Made by a program: the position numbers and the translations under genes. From positions 6,131-70,130 of IMG/VR virus record IMGVR_UViG_3300032397_000010: a stretch of 64,000 nucleotides of DNA; one strand, written 5' to 3'. The notes beneath the pieces are model-generated. The model worked only from the letters and a program-made list of their open reading frames with translations, did not search any database and was not told where the DNA came from. The stretch's first letter is position 1; each line of letters starts with the position of its first letter. The stretch is from a virus. Below are positions 31,304-41,915 of this stretch, one piece after another.

Positions 31304-31858
31304 ATGAGCAGCTACAGAGCAGTCACACTTTTCGACGGGCACACGAGACTGATCCAGAACGCCGACACGCTCATCGTGGGTGCTGGTATCGAGACGTCTA
31401 CTGGTGCTGCTGGCTACGTGTCGTTCGGTTCCGCCGTTTCGTTCCTGTCGCGCACCACGGTTCAGAGAGACGCCCTCGTCACTCCCGTCGTGTCCTCGAC
31501 GATCTGGAACAGCACAACGCTCGGCCTCGACGTCTACTACACGCTGCAAGACGCCTCGTCGGCATGGCTGTCGCTCGCAACGCTGCAAGATGTAGAGCTT
31601 GGCAACGATCCGGTCTACCCCGGCACGACCTACGCCAACATCCGCACGTTCGGCTTGCTCACGCAAGAGACGTGGACACGCACGGCAGGTAGTACGCTTC
31701 TGAAGTCAATCGACTACACTTTCTCAGGCAGCAGGATCACCCAGCAGGTGACGAAGCTGTTCGCGGCGAACGGAACCACCGTCGTGGCCCAGACGACGCA
31801 GACGTTCACCTACACAGGCAGTCTGCTGACGGGCGGAACAATCGTGAGGAACGTCTGA
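31304..31858 (+). CDS. Putative structural protein
   Basis: Thr-rich beta-type sequence, coupled to the next gene. Confidence 0.65.
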   Translation: MSSYRAVTLFDGHTRLIQNADTLIVGAGIETSTGAAGYVSFGSAVSFLSRTTVQRDALVTPVVSSTIWNSTTLGLDVYYTLQDASSAWLSLATLQDVELGNDPVYPGTTYANIRTFGLLTQETWTRTAGSTLLKSIDYTFSGSRITQQVTKLFAANGTTVVAQTTQTFTYTGSLLTGGTIVRNV

Positions 31859-34278
31859 TGGCTACCACCGTGAATCCAGGCTCTCCGTTCCCGTTCTTTC
31901 CAGGCACAGGACTTGTGCCGATCCACAGTGGCGGCGCGGTGTCCTCGAGCGGTTCTGTTGTCGTGTACCCTGGCGCAAACAAGACGTCGTTGTTCGTCAA
32001 CGTGCTGTCCGCGCCGACGGGCACGCTGCCAACGCTGTCGTACACAGTGCAAGAAGTCGATCCTGGCGACAACACAACGCCAGTCGGAACGCCCGTCACA
32101 GCAGGACCGATCAACGGAGTCGTGAACGGTCGTGTCGAACTGCCGATGGTCTTTGGCGGGGCCGTGAAGGTCTCGTGGACTGTGACCGGTACGTTGCCGA
32201 ATTTCCCGTCGGTCTACGCGACGCTCGTGTCTGTTGTCGGGGCGACCGCTCTTGTGGACTCGTCCGGCGCGGACGTTGCCGCTTCGGTTGGCGGGACAAC
32301 AGCCAGCGCGATCACTGTTCAAGGGAACGCGAGTGGAACTCCGGTTCGCGTCTCGGGGAACAGGAGCAACAACAATGCTGCTCCTGGCTCAACGAACACC
32401 GGATCGTTGACAGTAGTCGCGAACGCAGCAGCGCCGTCGTGGACCGAGGGCAACCTCGTCACGTTGTCGTCTGATCTGAACGGATGGCTTCGCACCACTT
32501 CGTTGCAGGCTGGAATTCCTACGGCCGCCGCTCCAAACACTGCCGTCCAGGTGGCCGGTAGCGATGGCACGAACCTTCGTGTTCCGTTCATTGACCCCAA
32601 CGGCAGGGTGCTGATCAACGGAGCGGGCTCCGCTGGCTCTGCCGTCGGCGGCGTGCTGACTGTACAGGGCGTCGCCAGCATGACGCCCATCGTCGTGAAT
32701 GGCGACAGGACGAACAACAGCGCCGCTCCCAACGCTACGAACATCGGCGCGCTGACGGTTCGCGCGAACGCAGCAGCGCCGTCGTGGACCGAAGGCAATC
32801 TGGTCACGCTGTCGTCCGACCTGAACGGAAATCTGCGGATCACCGGGGCGGTCACCGGAACGAAGACCAACAACAACGCTGCGCCCGGCGCGATCAACCT
32901 GGGTGTACTGCCAGCCGTAGCGAATGCTGTGGCTCCGGCATGGACCGAGGGCAATCAGGTCGCGCTGTCAACTGACCTCGCGGGTAGCCAGCGCGTCACA
33001 GTTCCGCAGTACATCACCGGGGCGTCGAGTTCGCTTGCTTTCGGTGCCTCGCAACGACTGAGCGTGTCCAGCGACTCGATGCTGTTCTTTGACCCTATCC
33101 AGAACGGGGGCATCAATACGGCGCTGTGGTCAACGTCGGCTACCACCATGACCAGTGCCGTGAGCAACGGCATGATGACGCTAAACAGCGGCAGCGTCAC
33201 CGCGATCAACACCAACATCGGAATCTCTTCGCTGCGCCAGATCCCGTGCGGTGTAGGATACGCAACACAGATCCAGCATCGCGCAAAGCTGTTGTACGGA
33301 ACGAATCCGACGAACTGCCAGCATGAACTAGGCGTCGCGAACGGCACGGGCGGAGCGGCCATCACGGACGGCATCATCTTCCGCCTGGACAGCAACAACC
33401 AATTCCGTGGAGTCGTCAGCCAGGGAGGCAGCGAGACGACAACGAGCGTCTTGACGACGCCAGTCAGCAACGCCTTCTACACGTTCCAGATCACGATCTA
33501 CGAGGACCGCGCTACGTTCGCGGTGATCAACTCGGACGGCACTATCTACGTTCAAGCGACGATCAATACCCCTCTCGCGAATCAGTGGCTTACCAACCAG
33601 TCGTATCTCCCCGTGTTCGCTCGCGTGCTCATCGGTGGCACGGTCGCGCCGTCCGCGCCGCAGATCGGTCTCGTTTACGTCTCGGCGAGTCAGAAAGATG
33701 TCCAGGCTACCGATCCGTACGCCGTTCAACTCTGCGTCGCTGGGGCGCGCAACGGCAACATCGACCCGACTACGTACGCTCAGACCGCGAACTGCTCGCT
33801 GACGGCAAACCCGACGACGGTTACGCTTTCGACCACAGGAATCCCTGCTGGCGGCACCGGGCTAGGAGGATGCTTCGCGTTCACCAGTATCGCAACGACG
33901 GCGAACATGCAGGTATTCATGGGTCGTCAGAACCCAAGCCCGTACACCCTGGTGATCACTGGCTTCGCCATGCCTCCGCCTGTTGTTACGACGATCATGG
34001 GAGCAACGATATCAATCTTCGAGTTCAGCCTTATGGTTGCCAATACCAGCAACCCAAGCACCGCGACTCAGATGTTCTGCTATCCGCTTGGAATGTTCAG
34101 CGCGACAGCGAGCGCGGCAGTAGGAACGGTGTTCAACGGGCAGTCGATCATCAAGCAGTTCACGTCTCCGGTTGTTGTTCCAGGCGGATGGTACGTGTAC
34201 CTCATGGTCCGTCCGGTGAGCGCGCCAGCAAGCGGTGTTGTGCGCGGTACGATCGATATTCAGGCCCACAACAGGTGA
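31858..34278 (+). CDS. Putative spike/receptor-binding protein with three ~42-aa repeats and a lectin-like region
   Basis: NNxAAP..N.G.L...ANAAAPSWTEGNLVTLSSDLNG three times. Confidence 0.75.
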   Translation: MATTVNPGSPFPFFPGTGLVPIHSGGAVSSSGSVVVYPGANKTSLFVNVLSAPTGTLPTLSYTVQEVDPGDNTTPVGTPVTAGPINGVVNGRVELPMVFGGAVKVSWTVTGTLPNFPSVYATLVSVVGATALVDSSGADVAASVGGTTASAITVQGNASGTPVRVSGNRSNNNAAPGSTNTGSLTVVANAAAPSWTEGNLVTLSSDLNGWLRTTSLQAGIPTAAAPNTAVQVAGSDGTNLRVPFIDPNGRVLINGAGSAGSAVGGVLTVQGVASMTPIVVNGDRTNNSAAPNATNIGALTVRANAAAPSWTEGNLVTLSSDLNGNLRITGAVTGTKTNNNAAPGAINLGVLPAVANAVAPAWTEGNQVALSTDLAGSQRVTVPQYITGASSSLAFGASQRLSVSSDSMLFFDPIQNGGINTALWSTSATTMTSAVSNGMMTLNSGSVTAINTNIGISSLRQIPCGVGYATQIQHRAKLLYGTNPTNCQHELGVANGTGGAAITDGIIFRLDSNNQFRGVVSQGGSETTTSVLTTPVSNAFYTFQITIYEDRATFAVINSDGTIYVQATINTPLANQWLTNQSYLPVFARVLIGGTVAPSAPQIGLVYVSASQKDVQATDPYAVQLCVAGARNGNIDPTTYAQTANCSLTANPTTVTLSTTGIPAGGTGLGGCFAFTSIATTANMQVFMGRQNPSPYTLVITGFAMPPPVVTTIMGATISIFEFSLMVANTSNPSTATQMFCYPLGMFSATASAAVGTVFNGQSIIKQFTSPVVVPGGWYVYLMVRPVSAPASGVVRGTIDIQAHNR

Positions 34279-34281
34279 TGC

Positions 34282-35559
34282 ATGTTCCGTCAGACGATCA
34301 GTTTTCAGGGTCTCGGCGTCGTCGATCTTCGTTGGCCCGACTTCAAGGCTACCGTGGGGTCCGACTCGCTATCGATGCGGTTCATCGAGCGCGATGACAG
34401 CTACACGATCTTCGCTCTCGAAGAGAGCATTGCGTTCACGACGCTGTTGCTCAAGCAGAATGCGTCGGACCAGTTCGCGTGGGACGAGTACTCGCCAGAC
34501 TACACGAAAGCTCAGAACGATGCGGACCGCGTCGAGTTCGAGACGACGTATAAGGCTACCGCGAACGCGCCGATCCAACTGAAATCAGCCAGCCGCGTAC
34601 AGGGCGTTGCGGCTGCGAAGGGTCTCGGTGGATATCTGCCGAATCCATCGAACAACCCGTACATGCCAGCCAGCGACGAACTGGTGTCGCTGTACGTGGA
34701 CGGCGAAGGATCTCTTGTCACGCGCGGCGTCGTGATGACCGACGAGGGAAGCTTCCGTGACGACTTCAGCGGTATAGACCTTGCGACTCCGATGACTGGA
34801 TCGGTGACGGTCACGAACGGCAGTCAATTGGTCGTTGGAGAAGGCACGCTGTTCATGTCCGAGATCAGCAGGACCGGCTACGTCCGAGCGTACTCGGCTG
34901 ATGACACGTTGTGGGTCAAGACAGCCCGCATCATCGACGACACCCACATGCTGATCGACTCGCCGTACGCCGGAGCAACGGTCACGGGTGACATGTTGAT
35001 CCAGGCCGAGGCGGTCCCGCAGAGCATCGGCGCTACACCCGGAACGATCTCGCTCGATGGCGCGGGAAAGCTCCTGCTTGCCTCTGGCACGGCCGCCGAC
35101 TGCGGGGTCGGTATGTGGCGGATGGCTGACTACGGCCCCATGTCGATCACCGGCTGGATCTCCCTGCCGTCTCGGCAGGCGGAGCAGAAGGTGTGGTTTG
35201 GCTTTCGAGACGATCCGGCGGCACCAGACATCTACGTCGAACTGGAGTTCACCGGCATCGACGACACCAAGGCGACGTTCGTCTCCAGCTTCCATGGCGA
35301 GACCGAGACGACCGAGATCACGCTGCCCGCGTCATCGTCTACTCAACTGAAGTACCGGATTTCGGTGATGCCTGAGTACTGTGAGATCCAGGTGGGCGAC
35401 AGCGCGCCTGTGCGACACGAACTGCACATCCCTGATCCGTACTCGGAGATGGTGATCTCGGGCGGCATCGTGAACACCGCGACCGCTGTAGAGACGGTCA
35501 TCGAGGTAGACTGCGTCTTCTTCCAGAACTTCGACCGCATCGCAGTGAAGCAGTACTGA
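34282..35559 (+). CDS. Putative structural protein (beta-sandwich rich)
   Basis: GSVTVTNGSQLVVGEGTLF fibre-like motif. Confidence 0.65.
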   Translation: MFRQTISFQGLGVVDLRWPDFKATVGSDSLSMRFIERDDSYTIFALEESIAFTTLLLKQNASDQFAWDEYSPDYTKAQNDADRVEFETTYKATANAPIQLKSASRVQGVAAAKGLGGYLPNPSNNPYMPASDELVSLYVDGEGSLVTRGVVMTDEGSFRDDFSGIDLATPMTGSVTVTNGSQLVVGEGTLFMSEISRTGYVRAYSADDTLWVKTARIIDDTHMLIDSPYAGATVTGDMLIQAEAVPQSIGATPGTISLDGAGKLLLASGTAADCGVGMWRMADYGPMSITGWISLPSRQAEQKVWFGFRDDPAAPDIYVELEFTGIDDTKATFVSSFHGETETTEITLPASSSTQLKYRISVMPEYCEIQVGDSAPVRHELHIPDPYSEMVISGGIVNTATAVETVIEVDCVFFQNFDRIAVKQY

Positions 35560-35795
35560 TGAAACTCTTGTACATAGCAATCGCTCTTGCCGTCGCTGGC
35601 TGCCCGCCTCCTGCCGACAACTGTACGCCGCGAGTCACTCGCTGCGTCGGGAACACGTCTCAGATTTGCAGTACGAGCCAGCGGTGGGAGACCGTGGCGA
35701 ACTGCTCCTCCGTCACACCGGTCGACCGCCAATGGACATGCTGTGCGGTCGGCAACGATCATGTCTGCCTACCAGCGAGTAACTGCCATGATTGA
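35559..35795 (+). CDS. Small Cys-rich lipoprotein
   Basis: MKLLYIAIALAVAGC lipobox. Confidence 0.7.
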   Translation: MKLLYIAIALAVAGCPPPADNCTPRVTRCVGNTSQICSTSQRWETVANCSSVTPVDRQWTCCAVGNDHVCLPASNCHD

Positions 35796-36381
35796 ACCAT
35801 CGGACGGTGAAGTGCAAGACCTGTGGGCGCACATGACAACAAAGTACAAGTCTGTCGTCGTTCAGAAGTCTGATTCAGAGTTCATGCAGATAGTCGCGCA
35901 GTTCCTTGACAGGATGCAGATATCCGACCGTGACATGTTCATGTCCTCATACACGACGACGATCGGAAACCGCATCTACGTGCCGTTCGACATCGGTGTC
36001 GAGAACGACATCTGGTCGCTGTGGGACCAGATCGTCGTGTGCGCCCACGAGCACCATCACATCGAGCAGGAACAGCGGGTTGGCATGGCGCTGTTCAGTT
36101 GGCAGTACCTGAGCGACGCGGACTCGAGAGCCCGCTTCGAGGCCGAGGCGTACATCTGTCAGGCAGAGTTGGACTTCTGGCGCTTCGGCGAGTTGTCGTA
36201 CGCGCCGGAGGACATGGCCGAGAAGCTCAGGGGCTACGGATGCAACGATGATCAGGTGAACATTGCTGCCGACGTGATGAGACTGCTGGGCAAGACCGTG
36301 CTTGCCGGGGGCGTCGTCAACCAGTCGTCTCGTGACGTGATCGTGTGGCTCGAGCAGTTCGCGCCCGAGATTCGTGGCTAG
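35788..36381 (+). CDS. Putative zincin metallopeptidase
   Basis: TTTIGNRIY..AHEHHHIEQ..RARFEAEAY (HExxH plus E). Confidence 0.65.
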   Translation: MIEPSDGEVQDLWAHMTTKYKSVVVQKSDSEFMQIVAQFLDRMQISDRDMFMSSYTTTIGNRIYVPFDIGVENDIWSLWDQIVVCAHEHHHIEQEQRVGMALFSWQYLSDADSRARFEAEAYICQAELDFWRFGELSYAPEDMAEKLRGYGCNDDQVNIAADVMRLLGKTVLAGGVVNQSSRDVIVWLEQFAPEIRG

Positions 36382-37173
36382 GCACCGGTCCGCGATCTGA
36401 GTTCGATCTTCGTCCCTGGCACTACTCGGCAGTTCCGCACCATCGTCAACGCGCACAGCGCCGACTGCTCGTACGTCCCTAGCTCGATCACGAACCGTTC
36501 GATCGTTACCGTCAGCGTTGGGCCGCCCGTCGTGATCGTTGGGCCGTTGTCTCCGGGCTCGCGGTAGCTGCCCTCTACGTGTCGAACCGTGCAGCATCGA
36601 GTGCCCCGCTCGCAGGTGCGACTCGATGCTCGGTTGGTCACGCAGCCTCCTGTCGTCATCTCGCCCCGGCCGCGTACTTCGTGACGGCGTCCCAGAACAC
36701 CTTCGCAGCCTCGTCGATGGTCACACCTTCGGCGATCTTCACGCGCGCACCGCCGTCGTAGAGTGTCACGACGACCTTCTTGCCATCACCGAAGCTGATG
36801 CTGCTGGGCGTTGTCGGGCCCAGCGTGAGCGAGGACGCGAGCGGTTCCTGCTCCTCGTTCATCGAACGCGCTCGATCGTCCCCGTGTCGACCTGGATCGT
36901 CCACGTCTCGTTCTTGGTGTCGACGCCGACGGACTTCGACGCGGCGTCCGCTGCTTGGGTGAGGGCGTCGTTGGCGGCGATGATCCTTGTCATCGCGGCG
37001 TCCCTCGCGGCAACGATCTGGGTGAGTTGCACGTTCGCGTGCTGCTCCTGTACGCACAGGTTGGCGTACTCGATCTTGGCGTTGCCCGCCTCCGTATTTG
37101 CCTTTCGGATGGCTTCGATCGCCTCCTTCGGCAGGGTCTTCTTGGTCAGGGCGAGTGGTGCTTTCTTGCTCAT
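36378..37173 (-). CDS. Three small hypothetical genes (36378-36659, 36656-36862, 36859-37173)
   Basis: Coupled ORFs. Confidence 0.55.
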
Positions 37174-37246
37174 CGTTTTCTCCTGGTGATCGCCGACCGT
37201 AGCCGACAAGATTGCATTCCGCAAGCGGTTAGCGTACGGTCGGTTG

Positions 37247-37543
37247 ATGAAATTCGAGTTCGGCAACAAGCTCACGAGTCCGCTGTGCTGCGATCAGGTG
37301 CTGGTCCGCGTGCAGGGCGGCACGTTCTACGTCGGCCTCGGCATGTGCCAGCCTACCTTCGACGATGCCAAGCCGCCCGAGACGTGCGACATCCACTCGT
37401 TCGTGAGCATGAGCCCTCTCATGGTGAAGAAACTTCGTGATCTGCTGACCCAGTCGGTGGCGCAGTACGAGGAGGCGTTCGGAGAGATCAGGACAGAAGC
37501 CATGCCTCGCGGCCGGTGGCAATCCGGCGGCGACTCGAACTGA
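37247..37543 (+). CDS. DUF3467-like protein
   Basis: VSMSPLMVKKLRDLLTQSVAQYEEAFGEI; preceded by TTGCAT-17-TACGGT. Confidence 0.65.
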   Translation: MKFEFGNKLTSPLCCDQVLVRVQGGTFYVGLGMCQPTFDDAKPPETCDIHSFVSMSPLMVKKLRDLLTQSVAQYEEAFGEIRTEAMPRGRWQSGGDSN

Positions 37544-37633
37544 TCAGGCTCGGCTATGGGTCCGTGATCACATGAGAACGGGTCCACGCGGCGGCGCTAC
37601 CTGCGGTTCATCCGTTGTAGTAACCTCCGTTCC

Positions 37634-39514
37634 ATGACCACACAGCACAACTTCGGGCCCGTCGGGATCCTTGCTCCGACGACGGCAGACCTTCCCGATC
37701 CGAGACTGCTGCCTCTCGGCAACTACTTCTTCTCGGAGACGGACGGCAAGACGTACTTCGTCGCGCGTGACGGTACGGGCCAGCACATCTGGAAACAGGT
37801 GATGGGTGCGGGCGCAGGCGGCAGTGCCATCGTCTGGCCGCTCGGTGTGCCGTGGTCCTCGATTGCCGCGCTCCTTGCTGCCGCTGGGGACGCCGCGCTT
37901 CTGCTCGTCGAGGGCGATCCGACTGGTGCGCCGCGCCTGATGACCGGCGCGGTTGGAGTCCCGTACGACTTCTCGTTCGTCATCTTCATCGGCGCTGCCA
38001 GCGATCGAACGAACAACGTCACGGTGCAGATGGACGTGAACGTCAAGGTAGACCCGCCCGTCCTGCGCTCGCGCGACATCATGTGGGCTCCGACGGCACC
38101 AGACCTCTTCGACGGTCCTGCCGATCCAGCGTTCGAGGTCGACCTCGACGGCGGCGGTGTCACGCCACCTGGACCGATCGGGGGCCGCTCCGTCTTCTTC
38201 GCCCCGAGCGGGTACTCGCCGCACAACTTCCGTCTCCGCAACGGAGCTATCCTCGACGGAACGAATCTGGCAGCTACCGACGAAGGAATCTGCCGTCTTC
38301 GCCCAAGCGTCAGCGACGAAGTGTTGGTCACGGTCGAGAGCTACGGTGGAATCTTCGGCCCGAAGAGCTTCATCAACTTCGTTCCCCCGGTGATCCCACC
38401 ATTTCCTCCCTTCCCGGTTCCCACCACCGCTGTCGTCGAGGCGAACATGGACGCCAAGACACGCATCGACCCTGGCTACAATGCAGTAGCGGTGGGAGGC
38501 AGCAACGTTGCGGTCCGGTATCAGGACGGCAGTTCTGTTCCTCTGAACCTGCCAGATCCGGCGAAGCGCGATGTTTCCTCGTACGTGGCGTACGACGATG
38601 CGCTCGTGATGCCACCGCTCGGTGTAGGCAACGTCCAGGACGCGATCGATGTGCTCAAGAACAGCGCGCCGGATCTGGAGGCAGTGCTTGCTGTTGGCAA
38701 CAAGTCGGGCCCTCACGACGTCCTGATGCAGGCCGGTCAAGCGGTCGACACGGACGGGGCGGCCCAGCTATCGCTTGGCACCGGCAATGCCACGAGCATT
38801 GCGATGGGTCGCCCTCTGGGCGGCGCAGCAGACCTTCAGGTGTTCATCAACCAAGGTGGCGCTGCGTTCATCTCGAACGCCGGAATCCAGTACTCTTCGA
38901 CGTTCGCGAACCGAGCGCAGATTCGCCTGAACGCCTTCGGCGACCACGGTGGCGTGGCCGGAGTGACGGCGTTCAAGAGTCGCGGTGCGACGGTCACTGC
39001 CAAAGCGAGCGTGCTCGCTGGTGACCCGATCTACCGTGTCACGGTCATCGGTGTGACAGGCGACAACGACAAGACTCCGGTCGCCGGGTACATCGACTTG
39101 AGCGTCGCTCCGGCAGGGGTCCAGCCGCTCTACGTCGCTTCGCAGTACGCCGTGTCGCTGGTGCCTCTCGAAGGTCCGATCAACTCCATCCAAGAGATGT
39201 GGAAGATCACCTCGCAGGGCGTTCCATGTCTCCGCGAGGAGTTCCATCAAGGCCCCAACGGTGACAGCGTCACCGTGGTCGCGGGCGTCATCGCTCTCGG
39301 ACTCGGCGGAGTCGTCAATGTTCTGAATCCCAATATCAAGGCGAACACGCGCTTCACCCTCACCATTCAAGACGGAGGCGCGGTGCCGCTCGGCAGCGTC
39401 TACGTGGCTAGCCGAGTCGTCGGTCCTGGCGGAAGCTTCAACATCCAGTCCACCAACGCTGCCGATGTCGACGTCCTGGTTTACTGGCAACTCTGGGAGC
39501 AGGTAGTACGGTGA
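37634..39514 (+). CDS. Putative fibre/spike protein with shared N-terminal module
   Basis: TQHNFGPVG module; NVQDAID and LEAVLAVGN fibre motifs. Confidence 0.75.
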   Translation: MTTQHNFGPVGILAPTTADLPDPRLLPLGNYFFSETDGKTYFVARDGTGQHIWKQVMGAGAGGSAIVWPLGVPWSSIAALLAAAGDAALLLVEGDPTGAPRLMTGAVGVPYDFSFVIFIGAASDRTNNVTVQMDVNVKVDPPVLRSRDIMWAPTAPDLFDGPADPAFEVDLDGGGVTPPGPIGGRSVFFAPSGYSPHNFRLRNGAILDGTNLAATDEGICRLRPSVSDEVLVTVESYGGIFGPKSFINFVPPVIPPFPPFPVPTTAVVEANMDAKTRIDPGYNAVAVGGSNVAVRYQDGSSVPLNLPDPAKRDVSSYVAYDDALVMPPLGVGNVQDAIDVLKNSAPDLEAVLAVGNKSGPHDVLMQAGQAVDTDGAAQLSLGTGNATSIAMGRPLGGAADLQVFINQGGAAFISNAGIQYSSTFANRAQIRLNAFGDHGGVAGVTAFKSRGATVTAKASVLAGDPIYRVTVIGVTGDNDKTPVAGYIDLSVAPAGVQPLYVASQYAVSLVPLEGPINSIQEMWKITSQGVPCLREEFHQGPNGDSVTVVAGVIALGLGGVVNVLNPNIKANTRFTLTIQDGGAVPLGSVYVASRVVGPGGSFNIQSTNAADVDVLVYWQLWEQVVR

Positions 39515-40572
39515 CAACGCAACACAACTTCGGTCCCGTCGGCATCATCGGTTCGACCATCGCTGATCTGCCAGATCCGAAACTGCTTCCCCTCGGTGAG
39601 TACTTCATCTCCGGGGCCGACGGCCGGACGTTCTTCGTCGTGCGCAACGGAGCGGGGCAGCACGTCTGGGCGGAGGTCGCCGGAGCGGGCGTGGGATCAT
39701 CGCCCAACTTCGTCCTCGCGGACTTCGGCACGCAGGATCCGTCGCAGGGGCGCTACACATCGTGGGTCGACCTCATGGCCGCGCTCCAGCAGGTCCAGTA
39801 TGGCGCGGCCCCTATGGTGCGCTGTGCCTTCGAGACCGGCCCGTTCACTGTCCCTCTCGTTGGAATGCCTGCGAGCGGATGGGATCTTCGAGGAGGACGG
39901 TTCACCAGCTTCTACGCTGCGTCTGGCACAGTGATTCTCGATCTTCCTGCGGGCGTGAAGATCGACAACTGCTTCGGCATCGGGTCTGGCGCAGACCCTG
40001 CGGCCGGTTCCCTCTTCCTCAAGATCGCCCCGCCTGCCGGGACCGGCGTGCTGGAGTGGACGGCGCTTCCTCCGGGGGCACCGAGCATCTTCTCTATCGG
40101 TGGTGGCTGCGCTGTGGATCACTCAACCAGCACGGGTGCGCTCATCCGCACGAACGGCGTCAACGGTTTTGCCGTGATCGCATGTGTCGGCGCGAATCAG
40201 AACGTGGGACTCGTTCCTCCACTCTCGGGTCCGCTCGTGCAGCTTCAGGGCAATGACGGTGCGGTCGGAGTTCAGCAACTTGCGCCCAACGGGTTGCCGG
40301 ATGGCTGGATCGTTGGAGGCGGACTCACCAGCGGACTTCTGAGCATCTACGACATCTCGGCGAACCCGAATACACCCAACCCGGCGGTGTGGATTCCCGG
40401 CTTCAGCGGAGGCGCGGGCGTGACGACGCCGTTCCCGCTCCAGAGATCGAGCCTGCTCAGCTACTCGCCTGTGGCTCCAGCGAACTGGGCGGGCTCGCCT
40501 GCGGATGTTGCCGCAGCGATCGATCGCCTCGCCGCTGCGGTCGTCGGGCTTCTTGGCGGACCGATCCCGTAA
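39511..40572 (+). CDS. Putative fibre/spike protein with shared N-terminal module
   Basis: TQHNFGPVG module; C-terminal DVAAAIDRLAA. Confidence 0.75.
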   Translation: MTTQHNFGPVGIIGSTIADLPDPKLLPLGEYFISGADGRTFFVVRNGAGQHVWAEVAGAGVGSSPNFVLADFGTQDPSQGRYTSWVDLMAALQQVQYGAAPMVRCAFETGPFTVPLVGMPASGWDLRGGRFTSFYAASGTVILDLPAGVKIDNCFGIGSGADPAAGSLFLKIAPPAGTGVLEWTALPPGAPSIFSIGGGCAVDHSTSTGALIRTNGVNGFAVIACVGANQNVGLVPPLSGPLVQLQGNDGAVGVQQLAPNGLPDGWIVGGGLTSGLLSIYDISANPNTPNPAVWIPGFSGGAGVTTPFPLQRSSLLSYSPVAPANWAGSPADVAAAIDRLAAAVVGLLGGPIP

Positions 40573-40596
40573 CTCACGAACAGAGAGACAGAGACC

Positions 40597-41613
40597 ATGA
40601 CCACGACGCAGCACAACTTCGCAACGACCGAGATCATCACCGACGGCCTGAGCCTGCCCGACGCGAGGTCGCTCCCGCTCGGAACCATCCTGATCCAGGA
40701 GACCACCGGCAGGAGCTACTACGTCGTCCGTGGCGGCGGCGGCATGCACATCTGGATGCTGTCCGGTTCCGGCGCGGCTGGTCCTCCCTTCCCGGCCACG
40801 GAGATTGTATTCGGGTCGGGAACTGGTCTCGCGAGTGATCCGCACTTCGTGTGGAACTCTGCCTCCGCCGCGCTCGTCGTTTACGACATGGCGGGCGTCC
40901 CGCTGTTCTCGACCAACGGCACCGCCCTGAATCGTTCGGCGTTCTTCAGGGACGCGGCGAACGTCGCGATGGTCGAGATGTTCAGCAGGAACGATGGAAC
41001 GCGGAAGTTCGACCTGCTCGACGAGAACGCGACAGCGATGCTGCACGTCAGCCTGTGGAGTTCCACCAGGATCCTCGACGCGCTGAACCCCTTCGGCATT
41101 TCCGCCATGAGGATCGATACCTCTCCGGGCGTGCAGAACGTGCATTTTCGCGATGACTCTGGACGTGACCTATTCGTGATCGACGAGCTTGGTACGGCGC
41201 GAAGCGTGGCCGTGTCGGACGACACAGGTGCCCCGTTCGTCATCGCGAGCGCGCTGGCGGCGACGCGGACGTTCGCGGTGGTCTTCCCGACGACCTCGTT
41301 CGGTGCCTTCAGCGTGAACACTCGGCCCGCAACGGCGGGCGTGACCTGCAACGACGTCGCCGACAACATGGTCTTCTACGTGGACGAGCGCGTCGCGTCG
41401 CGACACGCCGAGTTCGGCGCTCCCGCGCAGTTCGCGCCGTACACGCTGGCAACGCTGCCGCCCGTCGTTGACAGTCAGCAAATCTGGGTGAGCGACGGGC
41501 ACAAGCTCATCGATCCTCCGGGACCAGGGACCGGCACGGGCGTCATGGCGTACGGGTCGCTGCTGCCCGTTCCGGCGTGGCGCGTGTTCTCGACTGACCT
41601 GCCCGTCGCGTAG
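40597..41613 (+). CDS. Putative fibre/spike protein with shared N-terminal module
   Basis: TQHNF..LPDARSLPLG module followed by beta repeats. Confidence 0.75.
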   Translation: MTTTQHNFATTEIITDGLSLPDARSLPLGTILIQETTGRSYYVVRGGGGMHIWMLSGSGAAGPPFPATEIVFGSGTGLASDPHFVWNSASAALVVYDMAGVPLFSTNGTALNRSAFFRDAANVAMVEMFSRNDGTRKFDLLDENATAMLHVSLWSSTRILDALNPFGISAMRIDTSPGVQNVHFRDDSGRDLFVIDELGTARSVAVSDDTGAPFVIASALAATRTFAVVFPTTSFGAFSVNTRPATAGVTCNDVADNMVFYVDERVASRHAEFGAPAQFAPYTLATLPPVVDSQQIWVSDGHKLIDPPGPGTGTGVMAYGSLLPVPAWRVFSTDLPVA

Positions 41614-41696
41614 TTGCAACGCACGTCCTGTGTCGGGTATGCTATCGGCCTCAGAAGCCGTCGTAGCGACGGATCCATTCACGGAGGAGAATCGCC

Positions 41697-41900
41697 ATGG
41701 CCGGTCCCGCTGACATCCAGAACAACTTCGGTCCCATCACCATCGTCGGCAAGGACTGCACGCTCATGCCCGACCCGCGTGAGCTTCGTCTCGGCACCTG
41801 CTTCGTCGAAGAGGTGAGCGGCGCGGCACACTTCGTCGTGCGTGTTGTGACGCCCGGACCGACGTTCGGGCATCACATCTGGATGCCTCCCTGCATCTGA
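41697..41900 (+). CDS. Stand-alone copy of the shared N-terminal module
   Basis: QNNFGP..PDPRELRLG..FVVR..HIW; RBS GGAGG. Confidence 0.75.
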   Translation: MAGPADIQNNFGPITIVGKDCTLMPDPRELRLGTCFVEEVSGAAHFVVRVVTPGPTFGHHIWMPPCI

Positions 41901-41915
41901 TCGAGGAGGAACAAC

